Source: Gammaproteobacteria bacterium | Lineage (GTDB): Bacteria > Pseudomonadota > Gammaproteobacteria > Eutrophobiales > Eutrophobiaceae | Assembly: GCA_965243205.1 (NCBI GenBank) | Contig: CBDEUK010000002.1 | Location: forward strand, 1,398,007-1,462,006 | Reading direction: 5' to 3' | Length of the DNA: 64,000 nt | Part shown: in pieces, positions 60,519 to 64,000 of the stretch | Position numbering within the stretch: position 1 is the first letter of the stretch | How the letters are laid out: each line of letters opens with the position of its first letter | Made by a program: the position numbers and the translations under genes | The notes under the pieces: model-generated | What the model saw: the letters and a program-made list of their open reading frames with translations, nothing else | What the model was told of the DNA's origin: nothing | Database searches by the model: none

Positions 60519-61733
60519 ATGCAGAGTAATGAGATAAATAAGCTTCCAGTAACCGTATTGTCAGGTTTCCTTGGAGCTGGAAAAACCACTGTACTTAGCC
60601 ACATTTTAAATAATAGAGAAGGTAAAAAAGTGGCTGTAATAGTGAATGATATGAGCGAGATTAATATCGATTCCAGCATTATCAAAAATGAAGTCTCGCT
60701 TAATCGCAGTGAAGAAAAACTAGTCGAAATGAGTAATGGATGTATCTGTTGCACCTTGCGAGAAGATTTATTGATAGAAGTCAATAAACTAGCTCAAGAA
60801 GGTAAATTTGATTATCTAGTTATTGAATCAACAGGGATTTCCGAGCCTCTGCCTGTGGCTGAAACGTTCACATTTGCTGATGAAGAAGGTGTTTCTCTAT
60901 CGGACGTATCAACACTCGACACAATGGTAACCGTTGTTGATGCGGTGAACTTTCTCAAAGATTATGAAGAAGCACAATCATTGCAAGATACGGGTGAATC
61001 GTTAGGTGAGGAGGATGAACGCAGTGTTGCAGACTTACTGATAGACCAAGTGGAATTTGCCGATGTCATTCTCATCAGCAAAACTGATCTGGTTGAGTCT
61101 TCTGATATAGAACGTCTCATGGCTATTCTCAAATCACTCAACACAGATGCGCGCATGATTCCTATATCTCAAGGACAAGTTGATATAGATAAAGTCTTAA
61201 ATACGGGTTTATTCGATTTTGAACGTGCTCAACTAGCGCCAGGTTGGCTTAAAGAAATGCGCGGAGAACACGTACCTGAAACAGAAGAGTATGGAATCAG
61301 CAGTTTCAGTTATCTCGCCAGACGACCTTTCCACCCAGAAAAATTCTTTCAGTTTCTACACAGCACAGGACAATTCGGTAAATTAATCCGCTCAAAAGGT
61401 TATTTTTGGTTAGCCTCACAACCTGAAGCAGCTGGACAATGGAGTCAAGCGGGTGGTATTGCTCGATATGGTTTTGCTGGAATGTTTTGGAAAGCGGTTC
61501 CTAAGAAAGACTGGCCTGATGATGAAGAATACCTAGCATCGATACAGAAACATTGGGTAGAACCGTTTGGTGATATGCGACAAGAATTGGTCTTTATCGG
61601 CCAAGGTTTAGATGAAGCGAAAATGACTGAGGCATTGAACAATTGCTTACTGAGTGAAGAAGAAGTTCTACGCGGCAAAGACTATTGGATGACATTAAAT
61701 GATCCTTTTCCTTATTGGAGAGAGACAGAATGA
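60519..61733 (+). CDS. COG0523-family G3E GTPase (ZigA/YeiR-like zinc metallochaperone)
   Basis: P-loop GFLGAGKTT, CxCC metal motif (GCICCTL) and CobW C-terminal domain. Confidence 0.88.
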   Translation: MQSNEINKLPVTVLSGFLGAGKTTVLSHILNNREGKKVAVIVNDMSEINIDSSIIKNEVSLNRSEEKLVEMSNGCICCTLREDLLIEVNKLAQEGKFDYLVIESTGISEPLPVAETFTFADEEGVSLSDVSTLDTMVTVVDAVNFLKDYEEAQSLQDTGESLGEEDERSVADLLIDQVEFADVILISKTDLVESSDIERLMAILKSLNTDARMIPISQGQVDIDKVLNTGLFDFERAQLAPGWLKEMRGEHVPETEEYGISSFSYLARRPFHPEKFFQFLHSTGQFGKLIRSKGYFWLASQPEAAGQWSQAGGIARYGFAGMFWKAVPKKDWPDDEEYLASIQKHWVEPFGDMRQELVFIGQGLDEAKMTEALNNCLLSEEEVLRGKDYWMTLNDPFPYWRETE

Positions 61734-62413
61734 GTGCCGTTATTCATCAATTTCCTCAACAAAACATATTATCGCCCCTAAAATATCGCTGCTCCGCTGA
61801 ATCGGAGCAAGCCTCCATTTTTGCCGATGTTTATCGTGACGATACGAATATCATAGTATGGAAACGTCATCTTTCGGATAGCTTTCAAAGTGCTATTCAT
61901 GAATTTATAAAATCTAACGAAAATTTTCGACTTGTACAGGCTGTCAGTCCAGAATCAGTTAATGAAATTCTACATAAATCATTAGACGATATGAGATGTA
62001 AAACAGAGCTAAGTAATAACATTACTGAGTTAGTCGAAATGTTTTGTGATTTATTTGATCTGAAATCAGTTGGTTTACGATTAACTACTCTAGATCGTGC
62101 CATGTGTCCTAAATTCCATTTCGATCGAGTTCCTTGCCGACTAGTCACCACCTTTCACGGTGTTGCAACAGAATGGCTACCACATAGCGCTGTCGACAGA
62201 ACGAAACTTGGTCCCGGCAGCCAGGGACTAAGCGATGATAAATCAGGCCTTTATAAAGAAGAGCAAGATATCCAACAATTAAATACTGGTGATGTAGCAT
62301 TATTAAAAGGTGAACTTTGGGAAGGTAATGAAGATGCAGGCTTAGTACATCGCTCACCAGCAGTTATGGAAGGAGAAAATCGTTTATTACTCACGCTTGA
62401 TTTTTTAAACTAA
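61730..62413 (+). CDS. DUF1826-like protein
   Basis: The ATG overlaps the upstream stop (ATGA). This family commonly accompanies COG0523 genes in Zur regulons; the assignment is from memory. Confidence 0.6.
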   Translation: MSAVIHQFPQQNILSPLKYRCSAESEQASIFADVYRDDTNIIVWKRHLSDSFQSAIHEFIKSNENFRLVQAVSPESVNEILHKSLDDMRCKTELSNNITELVEMFCDLFDLKSVGLRLTTLDRAMCPKFHFDRVPCRLVTTFHGVATEWLPHSAVDRTKLGPGSQGLSDDKSGLYKEEQDIQQLNTGDVALLKGELWEGNEDAGLVHRSPAVMEGENRLLLTLDFLN

Positions 62414-62446
62414 GCCTTTAAACCGCAACTAAGGCCATTATCTAAA

Positions 62447-63040
62447 ATGAAATATGAAACATACTTTGTATTTATCATTTTGTTTTTATGTGTGAGTTTC
62501 AATCTGAAAGCAGAACCCCATAAAGAGCACCATGACCATGGTAATCAATCAGCACATGTTCATGGTTTAGCCAGTTTAACGTTAGCAATAGAAAATAATG
62601 AACTTGAAATAGAATTAAACTCTCCTGCAGTTGATTTGGTTGGTTTTGAGCATCGTGCAAATTCACTGGAAGAAAAAAGCATGGTTGAAAAAACAGAAGC
62701 ATTATTGCATTCACCTGAAAAAATATTTTCTTTTAAAGGTTCTAAATGTAAAGCAAAAGAAATAAATATAGATACGTCTGATGTCACGGCCATAAAAAAT
62801 AAGCATCATGCTCATGATGAACATGAACATCACGACTCAGACAGACATAATCAGGACCATAGCGAAGTCACTGCTCATTACCATTTTAGTTGCGACAAGA
62901 CCAATAATTTAACTACGGTAGTTGTTAACTTGTTTGAACATTTCCCAACTTTGGAAAACATTAACAGTATGTGGGTTACTGAAATTCAACAAGGCGCAGC
63001 AATGCTTAATAAAGATAAAAATATAATTAATATAAAATAA
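62447..63040 (+). CDS. zrgA: ZrgA-like (DUF2796) His-rich periplasmic zinc-binding protein
   Basis: Signal peptide. His-rich runs (HKEHHDHGNQSAHVHG; HHAHDEHEHHDSDRHNQDH) and an LEIELNSPAVDLVGFEH block. Confidence 0.75.
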   Translation: MKYETYFVFIILFLCVSFNLKAEPHKEHHDHGNQSAHVHGLASLTLAIENNELEIELNSPAVDLVGFEHRANSLEEKSMVEKTEALLHSPEKIFSFKGSKCKAKEINIDTSDVTAIKNKHHAHDEHEHHDSDRHNQDHSEVTAHYHFSCDKTNNLTTVVVNLFEHFPTLENINSMWVTEIQQGAAMLNKDKNIINIK

Positions 63041-63046
63041 ATATAA

Positions 63047-63454
63047 ATGATTAAAAATCTACAAGTATTCACGGATAAAATAGCGATAAGTCTTTCGATG
63101 CTTTGCGCGATTCATTGCTTAATACTGCCGTTATTCATTTTATCATTACCGAACTTAAGCTTATTACAATTCATTAATAATGAATCGTTTCATTTATGGA
63201 TGTTATTAGTGGTTATTCCTACTAGCCTATGTGCTTTAACTTTAGGTTGTAAAAAACATGGTCGTTATCATTTATTCGTATACGGAGTTATTGGTTTAGC
63301 AGTGATGATTCTAGCGATTCTATTAACTGAGGTATTTCTATCAGAATCTTGGGAAAAGATATTAACTGTAATAGGCGCAAGTATTATTGCAATAGGACAT
63401 TACAAGAACTATCAATTGTGCCAAAAACACGATTGTTGTTCGTGCTCTGTATAA
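63047..63454 (+). CDS. MerC-like four-TM metal transport protein with Cys-rich C-terminus
   Basis: LCAIHCLILP motif in TM1 and a CQKHDCCSCS tail. Confidence 0.6.
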   Translation: MIKNLQVFTDKIAISLSMLCAIHCLILPLFILSLPNLSLLQFINNESFHLWMLLVVIPTSLCALTLGCKKHGRYHLFVYGVIGLAVMILAILLTEVFLSESWEKILTVIGASIIAIGHYKNYQLCQKHDCCSCSV

Positions 63455-63478
63455 AACTATATAATATAAAAAGATATT

Positions 63479-64000
63479 TTATTCTTCAGTATAAGGTTCT
63501 AATTCCTGACCTGACATACTGTAAGCAGAAGTCGCCATATCATTATTAATCAATGTAGTTTTAAGGATACCCGATACCCAAAATGGATCATATAAAGCAT
63601 CCAGCGTAAAACCCTTTGGATATTTAACATAAATGATCTGATTAGGTGGCGGTGGTGGGACATGAATACAAGCGCCGAAATATGGCACCAGAAAAAATTC
63701 TGTTATCACTTGATCATCATTATATTCCAAAGGCACTATAAACCCTGGTATTTTTACAGCCTGGCCATCGAATTCTTCAATGACCCGGGTAGAAACTAAC
63801 GCTTGTTGGAAACGATCAGCCGTTTCTCTTTGACTTTCATCTTCAAGCGGTTTTTGAAGTTTAAAGGTAACATCATCTTCAGGTGAACCGTCTTCAATCT
63901 CTGATAGGTAGTCTGGAGGGTTTAATAATGCCTCCAAATCATCTTGCGGTAATAGGTCATCCCAATCGACAGATTTATATGAGTATTTTTCAGGCTTAGG
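63479..64000 (-). CDS. DUF3299-like (ZrgD-like) protein, 5' end beyond the window
   Basis: Frame stays open to nt 64000 (PKPEKYSYKSVDWDDLLPQDD...). PGFIVPLE...FFLVPYFGACIHVPPPPPNQ block. Confidence 0.7.
   Translation of the reverse strand, partial: PKPEKYSYKSVDWDDLLPQDDLEALLNPPDYLSEIEDGSPEDDVTFKLQKPLEDESQRETADRFQQALVSTRVIEEFDGQAVKIPGFIVPLEYNDDQVITEFFLVPYFGACIHVPPPPPNQIIYVKYPKGFTLDALYDPFWVSGILKTTLINNDMATSAYSMSGQELEPYTEE

Overview
The window looks like a low-GC, probably marine, gammaproteobacterial chromosome. Most of it is conserved housekeeping synteny: trpDC; ychF-pth-rplY-prs-tRNA(Gln)-ispE-lolB; hemA-prfA-prmC-moeB; ntrBC; lysA-lptM; trxA-rho; groESL; sat; uppP; folBK; plsY; tsaD; and rpsU-yqeY-dnaG-rpoD-tRNA(Ile2). 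Two stretches look accessory. The first, about 25.5-28.8 kb, holds a 690-aa tandem-repeat surface protein and a RES/Xre toxin-antitoxin pair. The second, about 51.1-59.9 kb, is a visibly AT-richer island directly downstream of tRNA-Ile(CAU). This island has no integrase or transposase. It carries five proteins ending in the same VP[ILT]P[AT]-x-x-WL[FL]...[KR][KR] tail, which resembles the VPLPA variant of PEP-CTERM; the 690-aa protein has a sixth copy. It also carries orphan lipoprotein and secreted genes and one 58-bp integron attC-like ('59-base element') site in front of a compositionally distinct 128-aa ORF. I rate this cargo island, with no exosortase in the window, as the most promising candidate for an undescribed system, though its function cannot be read from the sequence. 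Regulatory sites readable directly in the DNA are: (1) a glnAp2-style enhancer (two NtrC boxes, an IHF-like site and a sigma54 -24/-12 element) driving a type II glutamine synthetase; (2) an NtrC box at ntrB; (3) a near-consensus sigma32 promoter plus a CIRCE operator ahead of groESL; and (4) a Zur box ahead of a COG0523/DUF1826/ZrgA-like/MerC-like zinc-limitation cluster. No CRISPR arrays, rRNA genes, IS elements or prophage genes were seen. All family assignments come from motifs recognised by eye, not from searches.
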